NCBI GenBank assembly: GCA_965637545.1
Contig: OZ281495.1
Coordinates: forward strand, 23,622,001 to 23,686,000
Length of the DNA: 64,000 bases
Reading direction: 5' to 3'
Source of the DNA: Phallusia mammillata
Lineage: Eukaryota
A model generated the notes under the pieces. The model was not told where the DNA came from and searched no databases. It saw only the letters and a program-made list of their open reading frames with translations. Made by a program: the position numbers and the translations under genes. Below are positions 1 through 12,554 of the stretch, one piece after another. Position 1 is the first letter of the stretch. Each line of letters opens with the position of its first letter.

Positions 1-346
1 ATACAAGTTGCACACTATAAACAAATTATCTTTACAGATCTCGGTCGCTTGTGTTTACCTGAGCAAGAAACTTAAGCGGCATTGCTCCAACCCAGTGGTT
101 CCAGATGGGTTGAACAAAATTGAAGTCACCAACTGCCGAAGTCGAAAAAATCAAATAAAAACAGACAGCTCGACGGCGGACTTATATCGAGAGCATAACG
201 CATTCAGGCGTTGCCCGCCCACCAAGGATAAAAATGAAACAAACAAACAAACCAACAAATCAACCCAAAATCCACATACACTTTTTGTTGCCAACACCAA
301 TGCAGGTTAATTGCAAGTTAGAAATTAGTGAAGCATTGGTTGCAAA

Positions 347-3300
347 TTATGATAAAGAATCACGATAGTCTTGATTCTTCGTTTCATCATCATACTCTGG
401 CTTGGCATGTCCAAGACAACGCCGTACAGGTTCCAAAACATGTCTAAAAAGCACTTAGTTAAAGTTCTGCTCTAGTTTAAAAGCGTTTGAATAGATGCAA
501 AAAAATTGGTACTCTACCGTTCTTGTTCAAGTGCATCCTCTAGAGTTTCTGGCAGATTAAGGGATTTTGTCTCAGGAAGACCAAATGACGAAATCGCTGC
601 TGCAATCCCTAATATTCCCATGATAATAAACGGTAGATTTTTGTCAATCTGCTCCCCTGCAAGTAAAGATCATTTTTGCTGACAGTACACAAACGAATAA
701 TTAGGTTCGTTGTTTGGTTAACTATTTAGCAGCAAAATATGTTTTGCCAATTTGGTTTTACGTATTGTTTGGAGCTTGCTTATAGTTCTACCGTTGAAAT
801 TGATTGTAGGCCTACTGTTGGTTGTTACCTGCAAATACGAGATATGGTGAAATAATTGCACCCACACGTGCCATTGTTGAGGCCGAACCAAGTCCCATAT
901 TTCTCATCATAGTCGGAAATAACTCGCAGCAGTAAATGTAAACCAGTGCAAATGCACCACTAATTGCAAACTTTCCAAACATTGCGATCACTATCCCCAC
1001 GGTGTCGCTAGCTGAAACACAATTTAAGCGGTACAGGGTGAAGGTTTCAGTAGCAATGATTTTTAGTACAATTTTTATTGAAATTGTTCTTGCAATTTTT
1101 TTAAAAACTGAAGGTTTATTGAGTTATCGATTTGGCTGTTGTTGTAAAACAGGCGAATCCATATATTTATTGTTTTTGTTGCGTGATAATTGCATATTAC
1201 TGGTCATTAAACTGTGCGCGCAACTTAGAAGGTTACGTTTTGTTTCATGAGGTAGTTCTCTTTTTCCACCGTTCACATGAAAACATTGACTATCGAAAAC
1301 TACCCTGGCCATCAATCATTTGAACAAGCAAAATGTGCAACCAACTTAAACGTGTAAAACTATGTATGTGCGCTTCGTTAAAAGCAATACGTAAACTTCA
1401 TACCTTGGCGAAGAAAGGGAGAAATCAAACAACACGCTGCAGAGGTAAAGAGCAGTGTTGTCATGACACTCCGTCGTCCAGCCTTGTCGGCTGATATGTA
1501 GATGAAAAGATACGCTGGAAGTTCAACGGCGGCAGCGGTGAAGCAAACTACGTAGTTGTTGCCACCAAGGTTTGGTGTGTTCAAGCTAATGCAGTAGTAC
1601 ACCAAACTGCTGACGAACCTGTTTATACGAAACAAGGTTAGCGAAATATAGCCTATAAATGGTTGACATGCTAACAGGGTTAAAAAGTGCTATTCAAACA
1701 AAGATGACATTGGAATTGTGTTTAACAAAGGTTTAAGACAGGTGAATACATGCAACACAAACCGACGTTTGGTTGTACAGCTGTACACAAGTAGACTCGG
1801 GACTCGACAGCAACGTTTTTAAACCTCAATTCTGCCTCACAATCCTTCTTAGCCAGTTAGTGAACATGAGCATTGCAACATATTTAACGCCTTAATGTAG
1901 GCACCAATTAAACCTTTCAGAAAACTAAATTCTTGTAACATCTAAGCCAGGGGTTCTTAAACTGGGGGGCGCGCCCCCCTAGGGGGGCGTGAAGGGTTCG
2001 CAAGGGGGGCGCAGCACAATCTGGCTGCAAAGTTTTCATTTGCAAACAATTGTAAATGAATGTATTGGAATTATGTCGGCGCTGATTTTCGAACTTAGAA
2101 TAAATAAATAGTGTCAAGTGGGGCACGACCGAAAAAGTTTAAGAACCCCTAATCTATCTAAGCTATATTGATAACAAGGAACTAACCATTGCAAAAACAT
2201 TATGATAGTTCGTCGTCTTGTTGCTTTGTGTCGGAGCAGATCAGTGTAAGTGTATTTCGTTACATGTGTGGCCTCAATCATCGTTTCTTCATTGACGTCT
2301 GATTTTTCCAGCTATAGAAAAATAAACGTATAGAAAATAAACTGCAGTGGTTTAAAAAATAAACAAGTTTACGTAAAAATATATTAAAAATTAAAAAAAC
2401 AAATATAAAAAAACACTGTTCATACTTTGTTACGGATAATTTGTTTGTTCATATGGTTTTGTTGTCAACAAAGTTTACACTAATTTTTCTGTTTTGGAAT
2501 AAATGTTAGTATACTGTTGCCGTAATTTTTGCGTCGTTGCGTTATCACCTTGTTTCACATTGGTCACCTGTTTCTTGTATTGTCTGTAATTAACTAAGTT
2601 TGTTTACCAAGAGCTGTTTCCTGTTTTAAAGTTTACTTTATTAAAGCTGTTGGTGTTTAAAAACTAAAGGCTCGATGCTTTTTGTAATAAAAAAACGACA
2701 CCTACCAATTTTTGTTCCGTTTTCTCCCGGAGAATGTTGTGATCATCGGCAAGCGGGTTTCCGTTAAACTTTGCGATTATTTTAATTATCTTTACTGCTT
2801 CTTTGATTTTTCCTGCTTTCAACAGCCACCTCGGAGATTCGGGCACCCACCTACGTACAAAACAAGCGCAGTTTATTTACAAATTTTATCAATAGCCTTA
2901 CATTTCGAACACTTATTTTTGTAATCAAAGCTCTTGAGCGCAGAGTTTTGTGACCTGACCCAATATTTTAACTTTTTAAAAATTCTGATCCATGCTTACC
3001 AGTAATATGGTATAAAGAGGACGCCGCCAAATCCGATAACACGATACAGTGTTCTCCAATCATGGATGAAGTAAGCAAATACTGGCAAGATCATGTAACC
3101 TATTGTAAATCCAGCAACTTCAATGACTCCCATAAACGCCCGTTTTGACGAATCGCTGATCTCAGTTCCTACATAAAGAATGCTAGCAAACTATTCAAAC
3201 GCATATTTTTATCACGGCGTCTGCAAACGTAAATTAGAGGCAAATATTTATGTGCCACGATTCCAATGGCTCTTTATGCTGCATTAAATTTGAAAGTTAA

Positions 3301-5232
3301 GCAGAACCAAATTGTGTAATTACTTTGTCACTTTTTGTAGTGCGGTTGGTCAGTTCAGGGCAAGGATAAAAGTAATCACAAGTGCCAGAGGTCGGTCCTT
3401 ATGTGGCTACCATTAGTTTGTAGTTGTTCTTTTCTTTTCTTACCTATCACGAATGCAGCGACATAGTTGACGAGGCCAGTCAAACCGGAAACGAGGAAAC
3501 AGACGCAGTACATAATGATGTTGGCCGAGAAACTTGTCAGCACCATGCTCCCAAACTGAATAAGTGTTCCCCATAAAAAGACCGGGCGGCGACCATACCT
3601 AAATATACAGGGCTATAAAAAATGCCTGATTAAAATATTTTAAGTCTGTTTGTAGTTTGTGTGGGATGTGGTTTCCTTGCTTGGTAAACCGGATTCGAAC
3701 ACTCTGGATACTCGCCCAAGCGAGTCCGGATTACATTGTACGATTTACCCTAACGCGCTTTTACACGTATTATGATATTCTGATGAAATCTGCATCGGTC
3801 ACAGGTTAAGATATAGTAATTGTCACAAAAAATTTTATGTACGTAAGCACCATTAAATTTTGTACGTAAGCACCATTAAATTTTGATTAGATTAAAAACA
3901 CGACGTTTAAAAAAAACAGTTATGAAATACGACGTCTTAAAATTTTCATGCGTTACCTGTCAGAGAGTATCCCACTTACGAAGGAACCGACAAGGACTCC
4001 CGCCATGTAAAGTGACATTGAGAAAGGTCTGAACCAGGCCCTCGAACATACCAGATCCCACTGAAAAAGTAAAGCTTTTAATTTCCCAAACCCAAATTTG
4101 AATTTTATTATATTCGCAGGAAGTGACGATGACAAATAATCGACATACATAGTACCACGTGTTTTAGAATGGCTGATTTTCTTTTTTGAGTGTTTAGTGT
4201 TAAGGAGCAAAACTAAACTGCACATAGTTTTAAAGAAGTTTGTCTTGTCTGGTACATTTAAACATTTAAGACCACAGAGTTATATAAAACGCCCTTGTGG
4301 TTTTGAATAGCAATCCAACGTTAAATGGATGAAAAAATACACATATTGACCATATACACTTGCCTCGGTGGTAATAGTCTCTGAGCCTTGTTCTATTTCG
4401 TATGACCAACCATGATCACACGCTATATGTTTCCTTTGTCCGTGCAATACAACGTCTGTACCGTTCCATTCGAACGTTCCGTTGTATCTAATAAAAGGTT
4501 ATACTCAACCTGTTAGTCTGGACATATAGCATGGTTTTACTTATGTAGTGTACCGAAAGCATGTACTTCTTGTGTATTCGTTGTCCTGGTTCTTCTCCAT
4601 AGGGATAAGCACATTTAGCCATCGCTGGTATTGCTCAGACGACGTGGACACATTCTAAAACCGGTTTATGATAAATCAATTTGGCATGTTTTATGGCCTA
4701 AACTACGTACTTAACGTTATGTTAAGATTTTTTTACTTTGGCTTGGGTTTACACTGCACGATCAGTAATATGAGAAATTGGTGGCGAATCTTAATTTACC
4801 GAAGAACGTTTTAGTTGGATTTCTAAGACATAATTTTTCGCCAGTAACAAATCTATAAAAGTCCCACATAGGAAATGGCTACAGAAAATAAACAACAAGC
4901 ATTAACGATCAATTCAAATATGGCGAAATATCCTAACGAAATAAAACGACAATAAAAATCGGAATTTACTCAGCTTGTCACCTCTGGAGACCGCAAGTTT
5001 AACGCTTGGAAACCAGTGTTCTTTAAATGCATTTGTGTGTACGTACATTGCTTTGCGCTAAGTTCTCCAGTTGTGGCAAACGACAGTGGTGCGGAGGTGT
5101 GACGTGGGAAAATATAGAAATCATCGCCCAAAACCCATTTGGCACGGTGCTAAGCAACAGAAGCAGGCAGATTAGCTTCTGGTATTTCCCAAAGGCTCCA
5201 ATTTCGGTCAAAATATCATCAAACTTACGCAT
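347..5232 (-). CDS. SLC22-family organic cation/anion transporter, multi-exon (about 12 exons)
   Basis: Spliced translation gives SLC22/MFS hallmarks: MRKFDDILTEIGAFGKYQ (exon 5232-5047), CDHGWSY..TITTE|WDLVC, GILSDRYGRRP, PESPRWLL, ADKAGRR, IYCCELFPTMMRNMGLG, LPETKSLNLPETLED. The last exon ends RDSLS* (TAA at 347-349). The subfamily was not resolved. Confidence 0.92.
1948..2151. mobile_element. hAT (Charlie-like) MITE in an SLC22 intron
   Basis: Ends CAGGGGTTCTTAAACT and AGTTTAAGAACCCCT(A). Left flank ATCTAAGC (1940-1947) recurs on the right at 2156-2163 after 4 extra bp. Confidence 0.75.
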
Positions 5233-7106
5233 CTTGGCTGTCCTTAACCCTATATGACGTATCTATCGACAAAATTAGATTTGATATTAGCTATACCTTT
5301 TAACACCGTTTTTTTCCGTAGTGTTGCATCGTTTCGAAACATGGAAACAAAACATACTTTTTAATTGCCTCGGTATTATTTATAAGTCATGAAAGAAATT
5401 GCTGGTGTTTTAATAGTCGATTATGAAATCTCTTTTGTGTACTTTTTGTCATAATTTTAAGAACACCAATGTTTTTTGTCTGATTTCAAAAAAGCAACTA
5501 AAAATATCTTGATAGGTAACCTATATTCATACGTATCAAGAGGAAAAAACTGAACTTTGAAGTTTTTTGTCGAGTTAAAAACAGTTTAGAACCATGGAAT
5601 ACTCATTGATCACCATTCATCAATTGTTTAGCGTTACATATAAAAGATTTGCCATGAATATTATCAAACCCTGTGACTCTATAACTCGCTGATACAGTAT
5701 TTCTACTCGGGTACTACATACATTATAGTTAAAGACAAGAAAGTTAACAAATAACAAACAAATATCACCTCAGGATTGAAAACACAAGTAAAAAATAATA
5801 GCTTAACATAATCTGACGATTAATAAAAAGTGACACCGCTATGCCATCAGTTCATGGCCAACAACGAAAAGTTTTTTTTTTCCAACCAACTGATTGAGTA
5901 TCTGACTTTCCCAGCATTGTATGCTCAAGGCAACTACCATACGCGACAAATGCATGTGAGTTTGACTGCTGCAACATCCCGAAATCCATGAAACTTGTTC
6001 AGTCTAATCACCCTCGTACAAAACACCAACGACACCAAAGATTCTGTTCGCGGTTTGCGGCTAACATTGATCATACAATGCTGGGAATAGAGAACGGAAA
6101 CGACTGATGATTGGCGAACAGATCATAGAGAAATACGATGACTAAATATGTACCTAAAATGCTTCAATTCTCAAAAACCGCCACTCTGCTTTTTAAAACT
6201 TAAAAACTTTTAATAAAAACCGCAACTGTATGTTAACAAAAACAAGTCTAAAGCAACCTAAATTTTATCGCCATTCAACCGCTTGCAATGACCCATTCAT
6301 GTCAAAATGCATAACATAAAACGCCTTATGACAAACCGCATTAAAACGCAACCAATCCGCCCAATTGGGCGTGAAAACGCCACCAACAACACTGGAACAG
6401 CTGCTGGTAAAAACAACGTGGACGTTGCGCCATAAACTTAAGTTGTTTTCTTTTATCACCTAAAAATGAACGTTGCTTACCTCTTAGCAAATTCTATCAC
6501 TCTGACTAAACTAAGCCTGGGGACAACACCAGACCGCACCTTTGATTGCCCAACAAAAAACAAAGTATTACAGCAGACAGTTTTATGTTGACTTTGTTAC
6601 AATCCATAAATAGGAACTTCTTTATTAAAAAAGCATTGTAAACAGTGCACACTGTTTCGACCTGTAAGGTCTCAGCATTGTAAACATTGTCGTAATTTAA
6701 GACAGGGCGTTGTTTTGCCGGAAAAATATGCAATTAATTTGCAAAAGAAAAATGCAATGTTGATTGTTGATGCGACTCTGCTAAAATATTCCGCGCGTTA
6801 AGAACACTGTTTAATTTTTTCGCATATCGTAATGCGATTATAGGAATGATGGTATCGAGTTCTCACATAGGCTAATAGCGCAGGTGTTTAAATAGTGGGA
6901 AAATACTAATTTGTCGGTTAATTTTACAATAATTGTAAATTTTACACGTGGAACTTCATAGTGTTACATTTCCCAAAAAAAAGTTGACTTTACGACAATA
7001 GATTATTCTTTTTATGTTTGCGTGCTTTGCGTCCAGTCAACAATTGGCTGTTGGCCACTATTGCTCGGTTAAAAAGAACCTTAATTCATCCGGTAGTGTA
7101 GGAAAC

Positions 7107-7375
7107 TATCTCAACTAATTATGGCTAATGCGTATGTCCGGAAAATCTACTAACACCATAATTTACTTCAGCCGCACATTTAGATAATTTTCGATAGGTG
7201 GCGCAGAGCACGAACTCCTATTATAAACGGTATATCTCAAAAAATGCTAGCGATAAGGGGTTGGAGTTAGGTATTATCACTTATCGAAAATTAGCTAAAT
7301 TTGCCGCTGACGTGAGATATGGTGTTAATAGCTCTATGTTACGACCCAAGTTTAGCGAAGTTAATTGAGATGGCT
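7107..7375. repeat. Degenerate long inverted repeat (old MITE/foldback)
   Basis: 7151-7197 matches the reverse complement of 7280-7327 at roughly 80%. Outer arms ATCTCAACTAATTATGGCTAA and TTAGCGAAGTTAATTGAGAT also pair. Confidence 0.55.
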
Positions 7376-7751
7376 ATCTTAGATCGTACGTGAGTCCTAT
7401 TTAATATGTTCACTAACCTGACATTGTTTAAAAGTCTGACAAAAACTTACTCAAGATTATTATTATTATGTAAAAGTATGCACACCTGTTAACCATTATA
7501 CATTTTAGCCTTTTCATTGGCGTTTTAAATGACCCGAGCTTTTAATTACGTTTTACAAATTCTACCGGAATTTTTCGTTTTGTATGAGGGTGTCAATCAA
7601 CTAGACAAAATCATTAACTCCTTCAAAAAGTTTAATTTTTAACACGTTTGTCAGGTCAATTTTAAATCTAACCCCAGTTTACCGATTAAAACAGAGCAGT
7701 GTCTCAAAAGGAGCATTACTTCATGGACTAACGTTTTTCAAGACTTATAGA

Positions 7752-8133
7752 CAGGGTTGCCATATCGTCCTTATTTCTAAGATTTGTCCTTATTTTGAAG
7801 GTCAATGTCGTAGAAAAGTTCATTGTCCTTATTTCTAAGAAATGTCCTTATTTTTGACTTTAGTCCTTCTTTTGTCTTATTTTAAACAATTAGTGGTCAA
7901 ATCCCTGCTACAAGTAAAAGTAAACCTAGACCTGAGCTGTTGTGAGCTGCATGAAGTATTTTCTACGAACAAGGAGCTGCTGGAACAGATTGTTTCTGGC
8001 CAAATATATGGCATGTGATATGTCACAGCTCGTTTAAATGCAAAGATTCGTTCAAAAACGTTTGTTTTGTTTCGCATAAAAATTTAATATTTCGGTTGTC
8101 CTTATTTTTGGTTTCAAGTCGATGGCAACCCTG
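7752..8133. mobile_element. hAT MITE
   Basis: 12-bp TIRs CAGGGTTGCCAT / ATGGCAACCCTG; 8-bp TSD CTTATAGA / CGTATAGA (7/8); internal GTCCTTATTT repeats. Confidence 0.85.
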
Positions 8134-8319
8134 CGTATAGAGTTGTAAACGGGCCTAAAATCGAAGCCCAAACCCGGCCCGAATCCGAAAGTACAAGCCC
8201 GAAACCCGGCCCGAACCCGAATCTTGTTTGAGAAGCCCGAAAGTTTGATTTGACAGGCCTGTTAATTGAAGACTCGGGAAAGACCAATACAACAAACAAA
8301 ATAGAAAATTGGTCTAGAA

Positions 8320-9410
8320 CAGGGGGTCTTAACCAGGGTTACGTGTACCCCTTGGGGCTACAAAGCACCAAAGCAGGGGGTACGATATGCAGAGTGAAAT
8401 TAGGCATGTTCGTGAAAAATGCGTAACAAGTTACTTTGTTGTATGTCTAGGACGGTTTGTTTTTGTACTACTTATAAGTATTGTATGCAAATTCGGTATG
8501 ACGCCTTTAATGGGCCTGGCGTACTGTGATTAATACTGTTTAACGCAGTGATTTTCAACCGGTGTTCCGCGGAACACTATAGTGTTCCGTGAAAGATCGT
8601 CAGGTGTTCCGCGAGAAAATTGCTGGTTTGAATATAGGATTCTAATGTTTTAGACTTCTATGGTTTGAATAGTGTTTTATGTCAAACACCGGTCGAAAAT
8701 CACTGGTTTAATACAATAGGCGGAAATAGGTTTTCTTTTATGAAAATAATTATCCGCCATCCCCGATTGGAATGTTCTGTAGTGATTGGCTTCATTTATT
8801 GTTGTGTAATATTAAGACTCGTTGTCTAATAATGAAATAGCTGAATCGCGGGTAAATTGCTGACCGTTGGTGCAATTTAGCTTTGGGTGATCTTTAAAAA
8901 TAAAATAAAATTTAAACGCTGTTTCAGTCGACACGAGATTCAACAAATTTTCTAAGTTCAGCATAATTGCTTGCGCGGAAAACGATGAATCACGGAACAG
9001 TCAGTGCTAGGCGAATATTGTATTTAGGTAACTAGTTTCAATGAAACGATTTCGTAAAACTTCCCCCAACTTTAATAGCGCTATATGAGCGTTTTCATCC
9101 GTTTTAGTGATTACGTGATGTGCGATTTAGCGTTATAGTGTCACCCTAAGCCTATAGTTGTTTCATTGCATCAAAATTTCGTTTGGTGTTCCGCAAACAT
9201 ATTTTAATGTATAAAGTGTTCCGTGGCTCAAAAAAGGTTGAAAAACACTGGTTTAATGCATGCATTCAACATGCAAGTTATAAATACACTGAGTTTAATT
9301 CCCATCATTACAATTTTATTTACTTCTGTTGGTCATTGCAGACAGGGGGTACGAGAAAATTTCATCAAAGCTCAATAGGGTACGAGCTATAAAAAGGTTA
9401 AGAAACACTG
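8320..9410. mobile_element. Charlie-type hAT MITE nested in 8138-9530
   Basis: TIRs CAGGGGGTCTTAACC / GGTTAAGAAACACTG; perfect TSD GTCTAGAA at 8312-8319 and 9411-9418, matching the NTCTAGAN Charlie target. Confidence 0.9.
8546..9250. mobile_element. hAT MITE nested in 8320-9410
   Basis: TIRs CAGTGATTTTCAACC / GGTTGAAAAACACTG; TSD GTTTAACG / GTTTAATG (7/8). Confidence 0.88.
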
Positions 9411-9758
9411 GTCTAGAACAAGGCGTTTTGGTGCTGTTTGACATTGTGTCATGTCCAGCAACTGACTACTAAGATATAGTTAAATTTATTCAAAAAAAAC
9501 GGCCCGAACACGGTCCGACTTACAACTCTGGTACGAATACACTCGAAGGCCAGATATCTTGCTTATCGTAGCTCTCGAATAAAAAACTAATATGCTAAGG
9601 TTTGTAGCCTATCTTCACACTAAAGCAAAATGTTTGAAACCATAAATCTAACATTTAAAGTTAAGGACAAATTTATGATCTTCGAAAAGCTGTTTCATTG
9701 AAATATGGGCTATGCTCTTTTCGCGGAACTTATCGTGATGAAAGATTGTGGTTTATAG

Positions 9759-10620
9759 CAGTGGTTCTCAACCTTTCGACACCGTGAGACCGGTAAAAAT
9801 TAAAAAAAATTCCACGCCCGGCAACAAAATATCGTAGTGTCTGCAATAGATATTTGTAAGCTATTTGTTCACCAAAGTTGTCGTCACGCAACATAATGCA
9901 CGATTTGGTTAAGTTTTGGTATTTGAGACGAAAAATTACAACCAAACGGCAATCAACTCAACTAACAAAACGCCAATCATTTACGTAAAAATCTACGTAC
10001 ACAGCCAGTATAAGAGGCAAACAAGGCATCAACGAATTTTCTGAAACTCGTAGCTCTGCTTCGGCATCCAGCCGATTTCGATGCTTTGTTTTACTTAAAG
10101 ATAGCGATGAAAAAGATTTCTCGCACAAGTAGCTGGTTAAAAATTCAGAGTTTGCACATACATAAAAACATTACAGAATTAGGTTTAAACAATCGTTATT
10201 TTCCGCAAATGTTATTTATCACTACCTATATTATCCACATTTAGCTGTGTGGCCAGTTTAGCTCAAAAAACAAGCTAAACTAACCGAAAAGCTAAAAAAA
10301 AATGCAAAGATATGTAAACAAAAGTTCGTATCTATTGGTACAACACCTGTTTCTTGCATGAAAGGTGAGACGCGAAAGCTCAAATCAAATACTGCTGAGA
10401 AAAAAAAATATGTAACTATACTTCTCCAACCAAAAACATTAGTAAACAGGCGTTAAGATCTGAACTGTGATCTAAGAACTGCAAGAGCTTGTATTTCTAT
10501 TTGGCCCTTGTGACCTGCACGATAACCAAGGAACTGCATCAAGTACATGATGCACAATTGGTTGTCACCCCGACGCAAAAGCTTTGTTTAGGTTTAGAAT
10601 TTTATTTAAGAACATTTACA
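9759..10620 (+). mobile_element. Truncated Charlie-like hAT element with a possible decayed transposase C-terminal remnant
   Basis: Left end CAGTGGTTCTCAACCT at 9759; no right TIR found. Near 10340-10550, frameshifted fragments (TT...C.KG, LDLNCDLRTA) loosely resemble the hAT dimerisation-domain tail. Confidence 0.4.
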
Positions 10621-12186
10621 CGTTGCAGTGCTACACTTTCAGCAACATGGCGATCATGCAACTTTACATTTGCTTTTAATAATAAGGGTAATTGAGCGAT
10701 CAGGCTAAAACCATACCACTGCCCTGATAGCTTGCAACTAAGAGATTTTCTAATGTTTCCTAATGTTTCTGATCGTTTGTCAAAGTCCGGATAATAGGGA
10801 GATAATTGTGTTCTTCCAACATGCTCTTGCATCAGTTGCGCATAAAACATCCAATCACAGCACAAAACAAAAAGTTGCCAGCGCGTAAACATGAGTCTGC
10901 AGTACGACATTACTTCCTGATTAAAATTGTGGAGGAAATACTGATTTAAACTTTTTTTTGGATTGCTTTGGCAAAGTTGTTACTGACAAGCCAAAACAAG
11001 CTGCCTGAAAAACGATTACTGCAAGACAAAGCAAACTTTAACCTATTGGTCATGTAACGTCAGGGGTCCGTGTCGCCATTGCATCCCGCCCCCGACAGTA
11101 CTATAGCATTGGTTTACTAAAACGTTTCGTAACATTTGCTTTTTGGCCACTTGAGCAACTACATTTGTAGAAGCTTGCTGACTGCTATATGACTTGACTT
11201 TTTTGTTCAAACGCCGTATGCTAATTGGTTTGTCGTCTTTCCCTGGAGCTTACATATAGATTTTCAAGATTACAACGTATGTGGAAAAAGGGACATTGCT
11301 CGGTGGGCCAAACTTATTTAGAGGTTTTAAGTTTAAATGTAACTCTTGCACATCATTTCCAACACTTTTCAAAAAATGGGGATAACCCCTGTGCCACGTC
11401 ATTTGACGTTTATCTTTATCTAGGTCTTGCAGGACCAAGCCTAAAACCACTACAAATTAGCACACACCACCTATGTGGGAGTCGCCGATTCCAAAATAAA
11501 TTCAGCAATGTAAGCAACCACAGGCAAATCAACTGATATTGAAATATATTGCAACCGTCCATCATGCTTTCACTAGCCCTCATAGTTAAGCACTATTTGG
11601 GTTTTAGCCAACTGTTGTTCTGACTCCGCCTACATTTCGATGCCCAGCAGTAAGCGTATTTTGTTGGTCAGGCGGTCGGTCACGCATTCTTTGTGCCAAC
11701 TTACCCTGAATGCATGACCCAGTTTTTGTGCGGCTGGAAAGGTGTTGGATGGAAAATTTTAAGTTGTCTTCAACATTGCTGTCGGCCATAACTTAAGTAC
11801 ATGCTGGTGACAAACCGACATAGACATTTTGTGAAGTTAACCATATGTTTGTTATTTTTAGTTGCATAAAAAAATACTTGTAACTTGCAAGTAAGGTTGA
11901 TTTAAATTTGAAAATAATATTTTATTATTGCTTGGGTCAAAAAAAAATGAAAATTCAGGTATTTTTACCTGCTAACTCATATTTGTCACGTACTTGACCT
12001 TTATTTCGGACCTAACTTTCTTTTAGAAACATTTAGGCCTAGACAGGTTTCCGTCTTGGGGGCTTTCAGCATCAGAGCTAAAATTTGGGCAGCTAACAGC
12101 TCTACATGGTTGTTTTCTTTCTCCTATAGCTAGACGTTTCAGAAGGACTTTTCATTCGAAACTTGATTACTGGACCGCCCAAGGAC

Positions 12187-12554
12187 CAGAGTTGTAAACG
12201 GGCCTGAAGTTGAGCCCGAACCCGCCCCGAACCCAAAAGTACAAGCCTGAAACCTCGCAACCTGAATCGTTTTTGAGAAACCCGTTTAGGCCCGAAAGTT
12301 TGATTGACAGACATACTTGAAGTCTCCAATAAAGGCAGCAAACGCTATAGACAATTAGCCTCGAAAAAGTCGTTTTAGGGCTGTTTGACATTAGGTCAGG
12401 TCCAGCAACTGGCTATTTAGCAAGTAAAAATATTTATATTTGAAAAATACTGACACAAAATGTAAAGTCAGGCCCGAATCAAGCCCGTTTTTGAGAAAAA
12501 TTAAGCGCGAACCCGAACCCGGCTCGAAAAGCCAGGCCCGACTTACGTCTACCA
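12187..12554. mobile_element. hAT MITE, second copy of the CAGAGTTGTAA family
   Basis: Starts CAGAGTTGTAAACGGGCC, has CCCGAA repeats and a degenerate right end; TSD CCAAGGAC / GCAAGGAC (7/8). Confidence 0.75.

Larger units (their letters stand above)
8138..9530. mobile_element. hAT MITE (CAGAGTTGTAA family) carrying two nested insertions
   Basis: Ends TAGAGTTGTAA / TTACAACTCTG with subterminal CCCGAA repeats. The sequence outside the inserts is colinear with the copy at 12187-12554. No TSD was found. Confidence 0.75.

Noticed and set aside
3838-3885. 23-bp tandem duplication in an SLC22 intron (likewise CAACGTGTCAACCC x2 at 48627-48657)
   Set aside because: Simple local slippage-type duplications with no evidence of function.
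10602-11789. Minus-strand ORFs with faint hAT transposase-like words (SGQWYG, FGPPSNVPF)
   Set aside because: Similarity is too weak to call by eye and no termini were found; a tblastn search would be needed.
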